Source: an uncultured Chlamydiae bacterium (GTDB lineage Bacteria; Chlamydiota; Chlamydiia; Chlamydiales; JAJFMB01). Taken from it: DNA of 64,000 nt. The notes beneath the pieces were generated by a model. It did not search any database, had not been told where the DNA came from, and was given only the letters and a program-made list of their open reading frames with translations. Below, piece after piece: positions 1-9,817 of the stretch (the first letter of the stretch is position 1; each line of letters opens with the position of its first letter). The stretch is taken from contig CAVOJR010000001.1 of assembly GCA_963696295.1 (NCBI GenBank), forward strand, positions 1,312,001 through 1,376,000, given 5' to 3'. A program made the translations under genes and the position numbers.

Positions 1-1
1 G

Positions 2-1111
2 CTGCCTATCGTCACCGGCATTTCCGGCTTCTTTCCCTCCCTTTTCGTCAGCGTGGTCTGCTGGCTGGTCATGCTGTGCACGGGGCTGCTCTTTCTTGAG
101 GCGACCATTTGGATGGATGGAGAAACGAACCTGCTCTCCATGGCTAACCGGTTCCTCGGCCCTTTGGGCAAATTGGTAGGCGGCATAGCCTTCCTGTTCC
201 TCTACTACTGCCTGGAAGTCTCCTACATGGCCGGGGGAGCGCCTATTCTGAATTCGCTTCTCGCCAAAATCAACCTTTCGATGCCCCCCTATATCTCCTT
301 TTACGTATTTGCGGGGATTTTCGCCCTCATCGTCTATATCGGCGCCAAAGCGATCGACCGGGTCAACTGGCTGCTGATGTCCGGCTTATTCCTCTCCTAC
401 TTCATTCTGACGACTCTTGGCAGCACCGAGGTGCAGGCGAAGCTGCTCACCCGGCAAAACTGGTCGTTAAGCTTCATCGCCGCCCCTACGTTGTTCAGCG
501 CCTACGGCTATCACAATATCATTCCCACTTTAGCGGGATATATGAAGAAAAACGTCAATCAGCTGCGCCTGACGATTGTGATCGGCACAGCCATCCCCTT
601 CCTCATCTACACGGTATGGCAGTGGATGATTATCGGCACCATTCCGCATGAGCAGCTCATTCAGGCGGCCGAGACCGGCTTGCCGATCAATCTCGCCCTG
701 GAGAGCATCACTGGGAGCGCCTGGATCAGCACATTTTGCGCCTTTTTCGGCTTTTTCGCGCTGGTTACATCCCTTTTGGGAGTCTCCCTCTCAATGGTGG
801 ACTTTCTGGCCGACGGATTGAAGAAAACGAGCAAGGGGTGGAACCGGCTGTTTCTTTGCCTGATGGTGTTTCTCCCCTCAGCCATTTTTGCGGCGCACAA
901 CCCCCATATTTTTGTCAAAGCGATCGGCTTTGCGGGCGGCTACGGCGAGGCGATCCTCAACGGCCTCCTGCCCATCATGATGGTTTGGGTGGGTCGCTAC
1001 TCGCTGAAGCTGAACTCCCCTTACCAGCTGGCGGGGGGAAAGTGGACGCTGTCGGCGCTTTTCCTGTTCATCGTCTCGATCATCATCCTGGAAACATACC
1101 TTATACTTTAA
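2..1111 (+). CDS. tyrP: Aromatic amino acid (Tyr/Trp) permease, TyrP/Mtr family; 5'-truncated by the window edge
   Basis: Frame is open from base 2 (LPIVTGISGFFPSLF...). Multi-TM protein with LLFLEA, SAYGYHNIIP and ALVTSLLGVSLSMVDFLADG motifs typical of the family. Confidence 0.85.
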   Translation: MPIVTGISGFFPSLFVSVVCWLVMLCTGLLFLEATIWMDGETNLLSMANRFLGPLGKLVGGIAFLFLYYCLEVSYMAGGAPILNSLLAKINLSMPPYISFYVFAGIFALIVYIGAKAIDRVNWLLMSGLFLSYFILTTLGSTEVQAKLLTRQNWSLSFIAAPTLFSAYGYHNIIPTLAGYMKKNVNQLRLTIVIGTAIPFLIYTVWQWMIIGTIPHEQLIQAAETGLPINLALESITGSAWISTFCAFFGFFALVTSLLGVSLSMVDFLADGLKKTSKGWNRLFLCLMVFLPSAIFAAHNPHIFVKAIGFAGGYGEAILNGLLPIMMVWVGRYSLKLNSPYQLAGGKWTLSALFLFIVSIIILETYLIL

Positions 1112-1210
1112 AAGTTCCCTTACCATTTTAGCCAAAATATGGCGAAAGTTCCCCATTTTAGCCAAAATATGGCGAAAGTTCCTTACCATTTTAGCCAAAA
1201 TATGGCGAAA
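1111..1210. repeat. Three tandem copies (34/30/33 bp) of AAAGTTCC(n)CCATTTTAGCCAAAATATGGCG between convergent genes
   Basis: Read directly. The core CCATTTTAGCCAAAATATGG is an imperfect palindrome. Confidence 0.9.
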
Positions 1211-1219
1211 TAGCTTCCT

Positions 1220-2305
1220 TCAACTCAGGTAAGGCGGTTTGTCGGAAGGGTCGAAACCCACCGGCGGCAGTACCATCACCATGTCGATCTCATTGAGATT
1301 GCCGGCCGTCGGCACCGCTTCGATGTCGTAAAAATAATCCCCCTCTTTCAATGGGTTCACCGCCGTCACTTTGGCCACGTGCAGCCCCTTGGGAAAGACG
1401 CCGTCCATGCCCGTGGTGACGAGCAAATCCCCTAAACGTATCAGCGGCACAGCCTTTCTTTTGGGCGGGGCGTCCTTGGACAAACCGGTGCGCAAATCCC
1501 TGGCAGAGCCGATCTCGTCGGGATAGTCGTAGTTAAAGCCGGTTCCTTTCAACAGCTGTCCCTGCGCCCTCCAAAGCGGCTCGCTGCTGCCGCAAAGCTC
1601 CCCCTTGGCCAAATAGGAGGCGCTGCCCACATCCAGATAATCCCGCTTATACATCTTCAGCAGCTGGACCAGCTCCTGATCGTCGATCACTCTTAAACAC
1701 TCGTTTAAAGCCTTGACAACCTCGGCATTGACCCCTCGCGCCACTCTGACGGAAGGGTTCAGGCCGGAATCGGTGATGAGGCGCACCCGGCATTGCCGTT
1801 TCCCGACATAATCCACAACCCCGATAATCGACATCCCGACCATGACAGGGCTGTTTTTGGCGATCACCTGCTTGCCGAATTTCTCATTGTCCCCGCTTCC
1901 CACATTCAACCAGACAGAGCTGTTCCAGGTGCCGGGAGAGCGGAAAATGACGCGCGCCGGCAGAGCCTGCAGCTGCAGGTTCAAATAATTCTGCACTTCT
2001 TCGCTATGGATCGAATCGCGGGAGATCTCTTTTAGGAAAAGCTCATGCTGGACTAGCTCCTGGAGCCTTTCCACCTCTGAGTGGAGCAGCTGATTTTCCA
2101 GTTGCAGGCGCTGCATCTCCTCTTGCGACGCCCTTTTGCCCTGCTGGCGGAACATCAGGCGGAGCCAGCCGAGCTGCTCCCAGGTTGGGGAAAACAGGGC
2201 CACGGCAGAGCCTCGCATCCGCTCGGTCGAGCCGTTCGGAAGGCTCATCAGGCAAAGCAAAGCCCCTATCAGGAGCACATAAGTGGAGGAAGATTCTTTC
2301 CGCAT
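1220..2305 (-). CDS. mreC: Rod shape-determining protein MreC
   Basis: N-terminal TM, coiled coil (LQLENQLL), ARVIFRSP, and GDLLVTTGMDGVFPKGLHVAKV. Confidence 0.9.
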   Translation of the reverse strand: MRKESSSTYVLLIGALLCLMSLPNGSTERMRGSAVALFSPTWEQLGWLRLMFRQQGKRASQEEMQRLQLENQLLHSEVERLQELVQHELFLKEISRDSIHSEEVQNYLNLQLQALPARVIFRSPGTWNSSVWLNVGSGDNEKFGKQVIAKNSPVMVGMSIIGVVDYVGKRQCRVRLITDSGLNPSVRVARGVNAEVVKALNECLRVIDDQELVQLLKMYKRDYLDVGSASYLAKGELCGSSEPLWRAQGQLLKGTGFNYDYPDEIGSARDLRTGLSKDAPPKRKAVPLIRLGDLLVTTGMDGVFPKGLHVAKVTAVNPLKEGDYFYDIEAVPTAGNLNEIDMVMVLPPVGFDPSDKPPYLS

Positions 2306-2333
2306 GAGTCACATTTTAAGTTTTAAAGAGAAT

Positions 2334-3032
2334 TCAGGCAATCGATTTAGCCAAAAGGTAGGCGGCTCCCGCGGCCAGGCCGCCGACAAGGGCGGTTTGA
2401 AAACCGCTTTTGAAAGGGGCGGCTCCCGTGAAATACCCTTTGGCAACGCCAAACCCAAACAGGGCGAGCAGCGTCACGGCTGCGGAAATCATCAGCGCTA
2501 TGTGCGCCTCATCCATAAAAATATAGGGGCACAGCGGGATTATCCCCCCGATGATATAGGAAAGCGCAATGGTGATGGCGCTTTTTAAGGCCCTGGAAGG
2601 GTCGGGCTTTTCGAGGCCGAGCTCGAATTTCATCATGAAATCTTTCCACGCCTCGGGATCTCTTTTCAGCGCCGTCACAATAGCCGCCGACTCTTCTTCA
2701 GTCACGCCGTATTGAGCAAAAATTGTGGTGATTTCCTGCTCCTCCACCTCGGTTTTCTCGATAATCTCCAGCTTCTCCCGCTTCGCCTCGCTCTCATAAT
2801 GCTCCGCATCGCTTTTGGCTGCGAGAAATCCTCCAAGCCCCATGGCGATCGAGCCGGCGGCAATTTCGGCAAAACCGGCGGTTACCACGAGATGAGTCTC
2901 GGCGATAGCGCCGGATATGCCGGCAGCGAGCGCAAAAGGCACCGTTAACCCGTCCGACATGCCGATCACGATGTCCCGGACGGTTTCTCCCCCTTCAAAA
3001 TGTTCTTCTCTGTGATAAATTGTTTTCATCAT
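2334..3032 (-). CDS. VIT1/CCC1 family iron/manganese transporter
   Basis: VRDIVIGMSDGLTVPFALAAG, AGSIAMGLGG and FMMKFELGL signatures. Confidence 0.92.
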   Translation of the reverse strand: MMKTIYHREEHFEGGETVRDIVIGMSDGLTVPFALAAGISGAIAETHLVVTAGFAEIAAGSIAMGLGGFLAAKSDAEHYESEAKREKLEIIEKTEVEEQEITTIFAQYGVTEEESAAIVTALKRDPEAWKDFMMKFELGLEKPDPSRALKSAITIALSYIIGGIIPLCPYIFMDEAHIALMISAAVTLLALFGFGVAKGYFTGAAPFKSGFQTALVGGLAAGAAYLLAKSIA

Positions 3033-3053
3033 TACCTATAAATTAATTTAAAA

Positions 3054-3082
3054 TTGCTTTAAAATTCCCTAACCAGTAGAAT
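3054..3082 (+). promoter_or_regulatory. Sigma70/sigma66-type promoter for tRNA-Ala
   Basis: TTGCTT-17 bp-TAGAAT, 12 bp upstream of the tRNA. Confidence 0.6.
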
Positions 3083-3094
3083 GGTTGAATATTT

Positions 3095-3167
3095 GGGGAG
3101 TTAGCTCAATTGGTAGAGCGCAACAATGGCATTGTTGAGGTCATCGGTTCGATTCCGTTACTCTCCA
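3095..3167 (+). tRNA. tRNA-Ala (GGC)
   Basis: Cloverleaf: acceptor GGGGAGT/ACTCTCC with G3:U70, D arm GCTC/GAGC, anticodon stem CAACA/TGTTG around GGC, T loop TTCGATT. Confidence 0.95.
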
Positions 3168-3775
3168 TATTTCTTCAACCTCTCCTCGAAAATGCGCAGC
3201 CATCGGTCGAGATCATTTTCCAAAACTTTCTTAGGCTCACTTTTCTCAGGCTCCTGTTTTGGCACATTTTTTTCAAATATGGCAAGGTAGTAATCAAAAC
3301 ATTCATCCACCGTGGCATTGACCCGCAATGGCTCCTTGGGGCTTTCTTTAGGAGGGATGATAGGGAAGCTTTTTTCCTTTTTTACCTTTTTCAAGGCGTT
3401 GAGATACCTTTTATTGAGTTTGATCAAAAAGGCGTCGACCGACTCTGTTTTAGCTCCTAACACCCTCGCCTTCCAGGCTAATTGATTATCTGAGGTGACT
3501 ACGGTGCAATTGCTGGAATCCCGCCTCAACATTTTCAGAATCAGATCATCCGCAGTTTCCCCTTCTCCGGAAAAAAGGATTTCCAAATGGTTGTAGTGGG
3601 TGCGGTATGCCTCGCCGGGACGGTCATGGGCGTCAAAGACTATTGTGAAATCCATCTTAAGGCGGAGAGCCTTGCGGTTGAGATCTTGGATGATTTGTTC
3701 GCGGGAAGCAGCAAAATCGTCTAAAACGGAGGAAATTCGAAAAAGCACATTGTAGCCGTCAATAAAGAAATGCAT
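3158..3775 (-). CDS. NYN-domain (YacP/Rae1-like) ribonuclease
   Basis: IDGYN, IVFDA, ETADDLI and VVTSD acidic motifs. Confidence 0.85.
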   Translation of the reverse strand: MHFFIDGYNVLFRISSVLDDFAASREQIIQDLNRKALRLKMDFTIVFDAHDRPGEAYRTHYNHLEILFSGEGETADDLILKMLRRDSSNCTVVTSDNQLAWKARVLGAKTESVDAFLIKLNKRYLNALKKVKKEKSFPIIPPKESPKEPLRVNATVDECFDYYLAIFEKNVPKQEPEKSEPKKVLENDLDRWLRIFEERLKKYGE

Positions 3776-3782
3776 TTAGTGC

Positions 3783-4391
3783 TTACTTGACTCTCATCGC
3801 GCCGCTTAATTCCAAAGCGGTGGAAAATTTGTCAAACGCCTTTCTGCGATGAGACACGCGATTCTTAGTGCTTTCATCCATCTCGGCAAATGTTTTGTCG
3901 TAATCGTGCTTTTGGAAAAGGGAATCATAGCCAAATCCGTTGCGGCCCCGCTCCTCAGTTAAAATCTGCCCTTCGCAAATGCCAGAAAAACAGCGCTCAT
4001 AACCCTCAGGAGACACAATAGCCAAACAACACTCATAGTAAGCCGCCCGCTCCAGCTCCAGCATCCCCTCCATCAGTTTCAGCAGCTTTTTGCGATTGTC
4101 CCCGTCGGTGGCTTCATTGCCGGCAAACCGGCGCGATAAAACCCCCGGCTGACCGTTCAATTTTGGCACAACCAGACCCGAATCATCCGCTAACACCCAG
4201 CGGTTTAAGACTTTTGAGGCATGCCTGGCCTTAAGAAGGGCATTTTCAGCAAAAGTGCTATGCACCTCTTCAGGCATTTGAAAGTCGGGAAATTGATGCA
4301 GCGTCCGCATATCGATCTGTTCCAATGATGCAAACATTTCCCGAAATTCGCGGATTTTGTGCACATTGTGACTTGCAAAGATGATTTCCAT
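3783..4391 (-). CDS. rdgB: Non-canonical purine NTP pyrophosphatase (RdgB/HAM1)
   Basis: FASHNVHKIRE, LADDSGL, GFGYDSLF and KNRVSHR. Start set at MEIIF. Confidence 0.93.
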   Translation of the reverse strand: MEIIFASHNVHKIREFREMFASLEQIDMRTLHQFPDFQMPEEVHSTFAENALLKARHASKVLNRWVLADDSGLVVPKLNGQPGVLSRRFAGNEATDGDNRKKLLKLMEGMLELERAAYYECCLAIVSPEGYERCFSGICEGQILTEERGRNGFGYDSLFQKHDYDKTFAEMDESTKNRVSHRRKAFDKFSTALELSGAMRVK

Positions 4392-4468
4392 GGGGTCGGT
4401 TCTCCACCTTTTGGTTATGTCATCAATATGCACCAAACCGGTACTTAAAAGCAGTAAAAATTGGTATT

Positions 4469-6643
4469 CTACACTGATGCGTACCGGTTGCTGATATCCA
4501 CTATTTTATACTCCTCATCCTTAAACAGGAACGTATCCCCCTTACGGCTCCCTGTCATTGCCTGGGCTAATTTGGACTGAAAAGACAGAATATGGGAATC
4601 GGGATCGGCATCCCAAGGCCCCAGGATGGTATAGGTTATCAACTGCCCGGAAGGATCTTGAATTTTCACGACGCTTCCGAAACAGACCTCTTCAGGAGTC
4701 ATGTCCGCCACGGTGAATATCCGGGCGCGATTGAGCTGCTCTGACAGCATTTTCAATTCTGACTGGAGCCGGGCGCGCTTTTCCAAGGCATATTTATACT
4801 CTGAGTTTTCACGCAAATCCCCGTAAGATCTCGCTTTCTCAATCTCGCGGGCGGTTTCCAGCATTTCTTTCGTCCCGATTTCATTGATCCGGTTCCGCAC
4901 TTTCACATACCCCTCTTCCGTTGTCCAGATCACGTGGCCATCTACGGGCTTAACGGCGTGCTTCCTTTTATCTGAGAGTTCGGGATGAACTACCTCGGCT
5001 AAAGAGCGCAGGATGCTCTTATCATTCTCTGTCAAGGTATGGCACTTCGAAACGAGTAAAAGAAACTCTTTAGCATACTCCAAACTGGTTCCCTCGAGGA
5101 TAGCCCTTACCATAGCGTACCGTTTCGCTATGATCATGGTGTTCATCTTCTTGACCAGGTCTTTGTAATTATCATTGAGCTCAATCTCATTATAGAGAAT
5201 CAAAAACGCTTCGAAGAAGGTGCAAATGCCCTCTTTATGGCTGAAAGGAAGATCCTTTTTCTCTTTAGTAAGGATCTTTTGAAAATACCACACAAAAAAC
5301 TCCGCATTCACAGCGGGCTTATTTAGCAGGTGCTGCAAATTGATAATCAGACGCTCCTTGCTGTCGTCACTTTTATTTAGCTCGAGCAATAGATAGTCGC
5401 GCAGCTGAGAATGAGTGATATTCGAGAGCAGCTGCAGGAAAATCTCCACCCAGTCGGTGCGGCAGTGATGGACAATCATCATAGCCCTTTTTTTCATGGC
5501 GGCGATATCCAGTTTTTGAATCAGGGAAACGATGTCGTCGCTGTCGGCGATCAATTCTTCGGCTTTATTCCCCGCTTCTTTATCTTCCAGCATATAATTC
5601 AGAAAAAGATGCGTTTGCAGCTTAATTTCAGTCGTCGCCTCATCATGGTTTAATATTTCCTGGGCATTTTTCATGATCGAGGATTTCAGTTCAGGATCCT
5701 TTAACATATGGGGATGATCTCTCACAAGCTGGTATAGCGTCTGCAATCGCTGTTCCATTTCCATCTCATCGTGAATCGCAGCATCGAACCGGTCCCCGTG
5801 CGTAAACTCTTCTTTGCGCAAGATAAAAGAATCTTTTTGACTCTCGGGCGTCTCAATCAAAGAGTGCTTTTTCAGTTTGGAGCGGGCATTCTGCCACCAG
5901 CGGGTCCAATCCTCTTCAGGAATAACCAGCTCGCAAAGCTCATCCTTGATCTCGGAGGCGGATTTTGGGCCTAAATCGCGCAGCAGCAGCTGGATCAGAC
6001 CAACCGGGTCCTGCCTGCCCTCCCGCTCCAGAGCGTCCGGATTGCCGAAGCGCCTGGCCAAAAAGTGATCATCGCTCAAAGGGATCAAGGTATTTAAAGC
6101 ATTTGAAAAAGTTAAGTGCCTTAAAGCCGGCATATTTTCAAATTCCACCGTCAGCTGCTCGCGCAAAGGGGAAATCTCAAGGATCTCACCGGTGCCCCAA
6201 CCGGCCGTATGAAAAACAAATTTACCTTTTTTCATGTGATCGAGCAGTTCGTATTTTGATATGGCCCCTTGGAACCGGTCTCTTGTCCTCAGCCCCACCA
6301 GGCGCAGGCGCTCGCTAAACTCCGGCTGCTGCCCATAATATTTTTCTAAAATCTGATAGGCGGCATCGGCGAACACCGGACTATTAGTCGACTGAATGTC
6401 GACAATCAATCTTATCGCTTCCTTAAAGTTCTTCTCGTTCTTGATAAATTGCCAAAGAGATAGACCCGTTTCCATATACTGACCGAACATATTGGCCTGA
6501 TCGGAGCTTTTTATCATCTTTAGAAGATCGATAAATTCTTCTTCATCAACCCGATCATTTGCACAATATTCCTCCCAAAGCGATAAAAGCTTAGGAACGT
6601 TGCGCGCTTCCAGTAATGATTTAAACTCTTCCAAATAGCTCAT
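4469..6643 (-). CDS. greA: Transcription elongation factor GreA, long chlamydial form
   Basis: C-terminal GDLRENSEY and TYTILGPWDAD GreA domain after a ~570-aa N-terminal extension. Confidence 0.92.
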   Translation of the reverse strand: MSYLEEFKSLLEARNVPKLLSLWEEYCANDRVDEEEFIDLLKMIKSSDQANMFGQYMETGLSLWQFIKNEKNFKEAIRLIVDIQSTNSPVFADAAYQILEKYYGQQPEFSERLRLVGLRTRDRFQGAISKYELLDHMKKGKFVFHTAGWGTGEILEISPLREQLTVEFENMPALRHLTFSNALNTLIPLSDDHFLARRFGNPDALEREGRQDPVGLIQLLLRDLGPKSASEIKDELCELVIPEEDWTRWWQNARSKLKKHSLIETPESQKDSFILRKEEFTHGDRFDAAIHDEMEMEQRLQTLYQLVRDHPHMLKDPELKSSIMKNAQEILNHDEATTEIKLQTHLFLNYMLEDKEAGNKAEELIADSDDIVSLIQKLDIAAMKKRAMMIVHHCRTDWVEIFLQLLSNITHSQLRDYLLLELNKSDDSKERLIINLQHLLNKPAVNAEFFVWYFQKILTKEKKDLPFSHKEGICTFFEAFLILYNEIELNDNYKDLVKKMNTMIIAKRYAMVRAILEGTSLEYAKEFLLLVSKCHTLTENDKSILRSLAEVVHPELSDKRKHAVKPVDGHVIWTTEEGYVKVRNRINEIGTKEMLETAREIEKARSYGDLRENSEYKYALEKRARLQSELKMLSEQLNRARIFTVADMTPEEVCFGSVVKIQDPSGQLITYTILGPWDADPDSHILSFQSKLAQAMTGSRKGDTFLFKDEEYKIVDISNRYASV

Positions 6644-6784
6644 GTTGACCCCAAAATTGTAATGACATGTAAAGCAGTATAGACTGATCAGTGATTATTT
6701 TCAAATTGCTGTTGCAGGGGAATTTGTAAAATTTATATTTATATGGTAATATAATTATAAATGACCTCATTTTATGCGGGAAAA

Positions 6785-7123
6785 ATGGCTCAAGAAAAAG
6801 AAAAACCCGGCGATCAAGCGGCAAAATATCTGGAAAAATTAAAAATAATGAAGGAAGAGTTTACCGCAAAACTTGACGCTGTGTTTGAAAAAGGGGGAAT
6901 ATCCCCGCAAATGCTTGATAAATTTTTAGATAACCCTCATAATTTTAGTGAAAAGCAATGGCAGTTCATTCAAGAGCAACGGGAGCTTTATAAAAAAAAG
7001 CTTATCGCTTTAGTTGGTAAAAAAGAGTTAGAGCAGCACGAAAAAAAGCTCAAGAAAAAAGTCAGCACAGAACGCAGCCGAAAAACATTGGGCGGCCGAA
7101 AAAAATGGATTCCCATGAGGTAG
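6785..7123 (+). CDS. Hypothetical basic helical protein
   Basis: Lys/Glu-rich ORF ending RKKWIPMR, 4 bp before the next gene. Start is 6761 or 6785. Confidence 0.7.
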   Translation: MAQEKEKPGDQAAKYLEKLKIMKEEFTAKLDAVFEKGGISPQMLDKFLDNPHNFSEKQWQFIQEQRELYKKKLIALVGKKELEQHEKKLKKKVSTERSRKTLGGRKKWIPMR

Positions 7124-7127
7124 TTAT

Positions 7128-8324
7128 ATGGTTATTGAACGTATCGATTTGTTTATGCCGGTCAAAGGTCAATATGGCGTTTTGCACCACTTTACTCTAG
7201 AGCTTGCCGAAGCTCTAAGCCGCCAGGGGGTCAAATGCCGTATTTTGGAAGCGGAAAGGCAAAATCCCAAACCCTTCCTGGAAAAGATCTTCAAGGATCC
7301 CCCGGAGTGCACTTTGTCGTTCAATGGTTTGCTGCCGGATAATGAAGGGCGCTTTTTTTGTGAAATGATCAAAATCCCCCATGTCGCCTGCCTGGTGGAT
7401 TCCCCGAACCACTTTGTTTCCCTTGCCCGCAGCCCCTATTCGATCGTGACCTGTCCCGATAAAATCGATTTAGATTTTTTTATCGGCATGCATCAGCCCA
7501 ACGTGATCTTTATGCCGCACGGCTTCGATCAGTTCCTCATCAGCCCCATTAACAACAACCGCCCCCGCGAAGTCGCTGCTCTCTTTTCTTTTATCGATGA
7601 CGAGCATATCCGCAATTCGTGGCATCAAAGACACCCAAAATCGTTATGCAAAGCCCTGGATGAAGCGGCCGAACAAGCCCTTTCAGAACCTGATACTTCT
7701 TATATTCAGGCTTTTGTGGATGCCATTAACCGGCAACTAAGCCAGCCGGATGCCGTTAATCCCAAAGATATCGATTTTATCTCGGTTCTGGACGAGCTGA
7801 TCCTGTATATGAAAGGGAAAGACCGCATCCACCTGGTTAAGTCGATTAAAGACGCCCGCGTCGAAATCTACGGATCGTCCCCCCAGGGCAAACGGAGCTG
7901 GCAGGACGCGATCGGAACGAAAAGCCCCAATATCACTTGCCACCCTCCCATCCCCTTTGAACACGCCCTGGAGGTGATGAAAGAGAGCAAAATTGTGCTA
8001 AACAGCTTTCCTTGGGTTAAGTACGGAGCCCATGAGCGGCTCTTTACAAGCCTGGCTTGCGGAGCGCTGCCCGTCACCACGGAAAACGCCTTTTTGAAAG
8101 AGACCTTTACCGATGGCTCGGATATCGCCTTTTACCGCTATGGCAAACTGGATAGGGTCAACGACATGGTAAACAACTACTTAAAAGATGAGAATAAACG
8201 GCAGGCTCTAGTAGAGAAGGGGCAAAAGGTGATCTTAAGGCACCATACCTGGGACCACCGCGCGCATGACCTTTTGCAATCCTTGGGGCCTATACTTAAA
8301 AATATCAAAACTATTGTTTCGTAA
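7128..8324 (+). CDS. GT-B glycosyltransferase (CgeB/Glyco_trans_1_2-like)
   Basis: SKIVLN, GAHERLFTSLACGALPVT and HTWDHRA C-terminal motifs. Confidence 0.85.
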   Translation: MVIERIDLFMPVKGQYGVLHHFTLELAEALSRQGVKCRILEAERQNPKPFLEKIFKDPPECTLSFNGLLPDNEGRFFCEMIKIPHVACLVDSPNHFVSLARSPYSIVTCPDKIDLDFFIGMHQPNVIFMPHGFDQFLISPINNNRPREVAALFSFIDDEHIRNSWHQRHPKSLCKALDEAAEQALSEPDTSYIQAFVDAINRQLSQPDAVNPKDIDFISVLDELILYMKGKDRIHLVKSIKDARVEIYGSSPQGKRSWQDAIGTKSPNITCHPPIPFEHALEVMKESKIVLNSFPWVKYGAHERLFTSLACGALPVTTENAFLKETFTDGSDIAFYRYGKLDRVNDMVNNYLKDENKRQALVEKGQKVILRHHTWDHRAHDLLQSLGPILKNIKTIVS

Positions 8325-8697
8325 TAGTCATTAATTTGATTTTACCCTTGAGGGGCTTTTCCTTTGGCATAGGATAAGGCGATATTCTGCGGAGCGACCG
8401 GTTGTGCTGGCGCAAAGACTGAATTTTATCCACCAGCGTCGTGATCTGCTCTTTCAAATGGCCGAAATTATCGACCTTATCTACAGCCACAAGATCGATT
8501 TTATCGAGAATTAGACAGCGCAAACGACGCATCACGGAAAGCAGCTCGGTGCGATTTTCGACAATCAGGGATAAACTGGCGCAATCTTTCTGCATAATGG
8601 CTTTCTGCTCCATATGCATGCTGGCCAGCACTTCGCGCATCACATGAATTTCCCGGGTCAAGACGTCGTGAAGCTCATTTTCCTCTTTGCTGTCCAT
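8311..8697 (-). CDS. Small helical protein, FlgN-like export chaperone (tentative)
   Basis: L-x-x-L-x-x-E...EQKAI...D...L...R pattern resembles FlgN. Recognised by eye only. Confidence 0.5.
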   Translation of the reverse strand: MDSKEENELHDVLTREIHVMREVLASMHMEQKAIMQKDCASLSLIVENRTELLSVMRRLRCLILDKIDLVAVDKVDNFGHLKEQITTLVDKIQSLRQHNRSLRRISPYPMPKEKPLKGKIKLMTITKQ

Positions 8698-8764
8698 GGT
8701 CCTTGCTCCTTTTTATTCCTCTATATATAATGTTGCTCTATCAACGGCAACGACTTTTTTTTTG

Positions 8765-9817
8765 ATGCCCTATCCATTTGAAAGTGAAAAGCTCATCTCC
8801 TGGTTTGAAAAAAACCGGCGCGATTTGCCCTGGCGGCGCCATAAAGACCCCTATGCGACCTGGGTTTCGGAAATCATGCTCCAGCAAACCCAAGTCTCTA
8901 CAGTCATCCCCTATTTTGAAAAGTGGATGAGCCGCTTTCCCAACCTCGAAACTTTAGCGGCCGCTTCTCTTGACGAGGTCATTAAAATGTGGGAGGGGCT
9001 GGGCTATTACTCAAGAGCGCGCTCCCTGCACGCCGGAGCGGGCGAGATCCTCGAAAAATTCGGGGGCGCGGTGCCGGACGATCCTTTAAAACTTGCAACC
9101 ATCAAAGGCTTAGGACCCTATACTGTAGGCGCCATTTGCAGTTTTGCTTTTCACCGGAAAACGGCGGCGGTGGACGGCAATGTCATCCGGGTTTTGACCC
9201 GCTATTTTAATTTGAGCGAAGATGTGGCCAAAAGCTCTACCCAGAAGAATTTGCGCCTGATCGCCGAAGAAATTTTGCCGGATAGCAGACATTGGCTGTT
9301 TAATGAGGGGCTGATTGAGCTTGGGGCGACCGTCTGCCAGCGGAAACCCCTCTGCTTCAAGTGTCCGTTAAATAATTCCTGCAAGAGCTTCCGCCTGGGC
9401 AATCAGGCGGACCTGCCCTTTAAAAGCACGCGCATTCAGATCGAGAAGCTCCACCGCGCTGTACTGGTTATCAGATGTGAAGAGCGCTTATTAATCAAAA
9501 AGGTGGAAGAGGGGCAAGTGATGTCCGGCTTGCACGAATTTCCCTACTTCGAGCTGACCGATCAACGGATCGACCAAAAGAGTTTGCTCGAGAATTTCCC
9601 CCGCCCTCTCCACTTTCTCCAGTGGCTGCCGCAAGAAACGCACAGCTTTACCAAGTATCGGGCGACCCTTTTCCCGGCCCTCTTAGGATCTAATGATCTC
9701 TTTGAAATGGAGGGATTTGAATGGGTAGAGTCCTCGGAAATCGCCTCCCGTCCCTTTTCCTCGGGCCATCGCAAAATCCTCAACCATCTAAAGCTATATT
9801 CAAGAGCAGAACATTGA
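8765..9817 (+). CDS. mutY: A/G-specific adenine glycosylase
   Basis: RRDLPWR, WVSEIMLQQTQV, WEGLGYYSRAR, VDGNVIRV and the Fe-S cysteine cluster. Confidence 0.95.
   Translation: MPYPFESEKLISWFEKNRRDLPWRRHKDPYATWVSEIMLQQTQVSTVIPYFEKWMSRFPNLETLAAASLDEVIKMWEGLGYYSRARSLHAGAGEILEKFGGAVPDDPLKLATIKGLGPYTVGAICSFAFHRKTAAVDGNVIRVLTRYFNLSEDVAKSSTQKNLRLIAEEILPDSRHWLFNEGLIELGATVCQRKPLCFKCPLNNSCKSFRLGNQADLPFKSTRIQIEKLHRAVLVIRCEERLLIKKVEEGQVMSGLHEFPYFELTDQRIDQKSLLENFPRPLHFLQWLPQETHSFTKYRATLFPALLGSNDLFEMEGFEWVESSEIASRPFSSGHRKILNHLKLYSRAEH

Noticed and set aside
878..1198. ORF with repeated MAKMVRNFRHIL
   Set aside because: Just the translation of the intergenic tandem repeat running antisense into tyrP.
1111..1210. 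Possible mini CRISPR array
   Set aside because: Units abut through near-identical 5-9 bp linkers with no unique spacers, and there are no cas genes in the window.
4469..6643. Unusually long GreA as a novel fusion
   Set aside because: A large N-terminal extension is the known chlamydial form.
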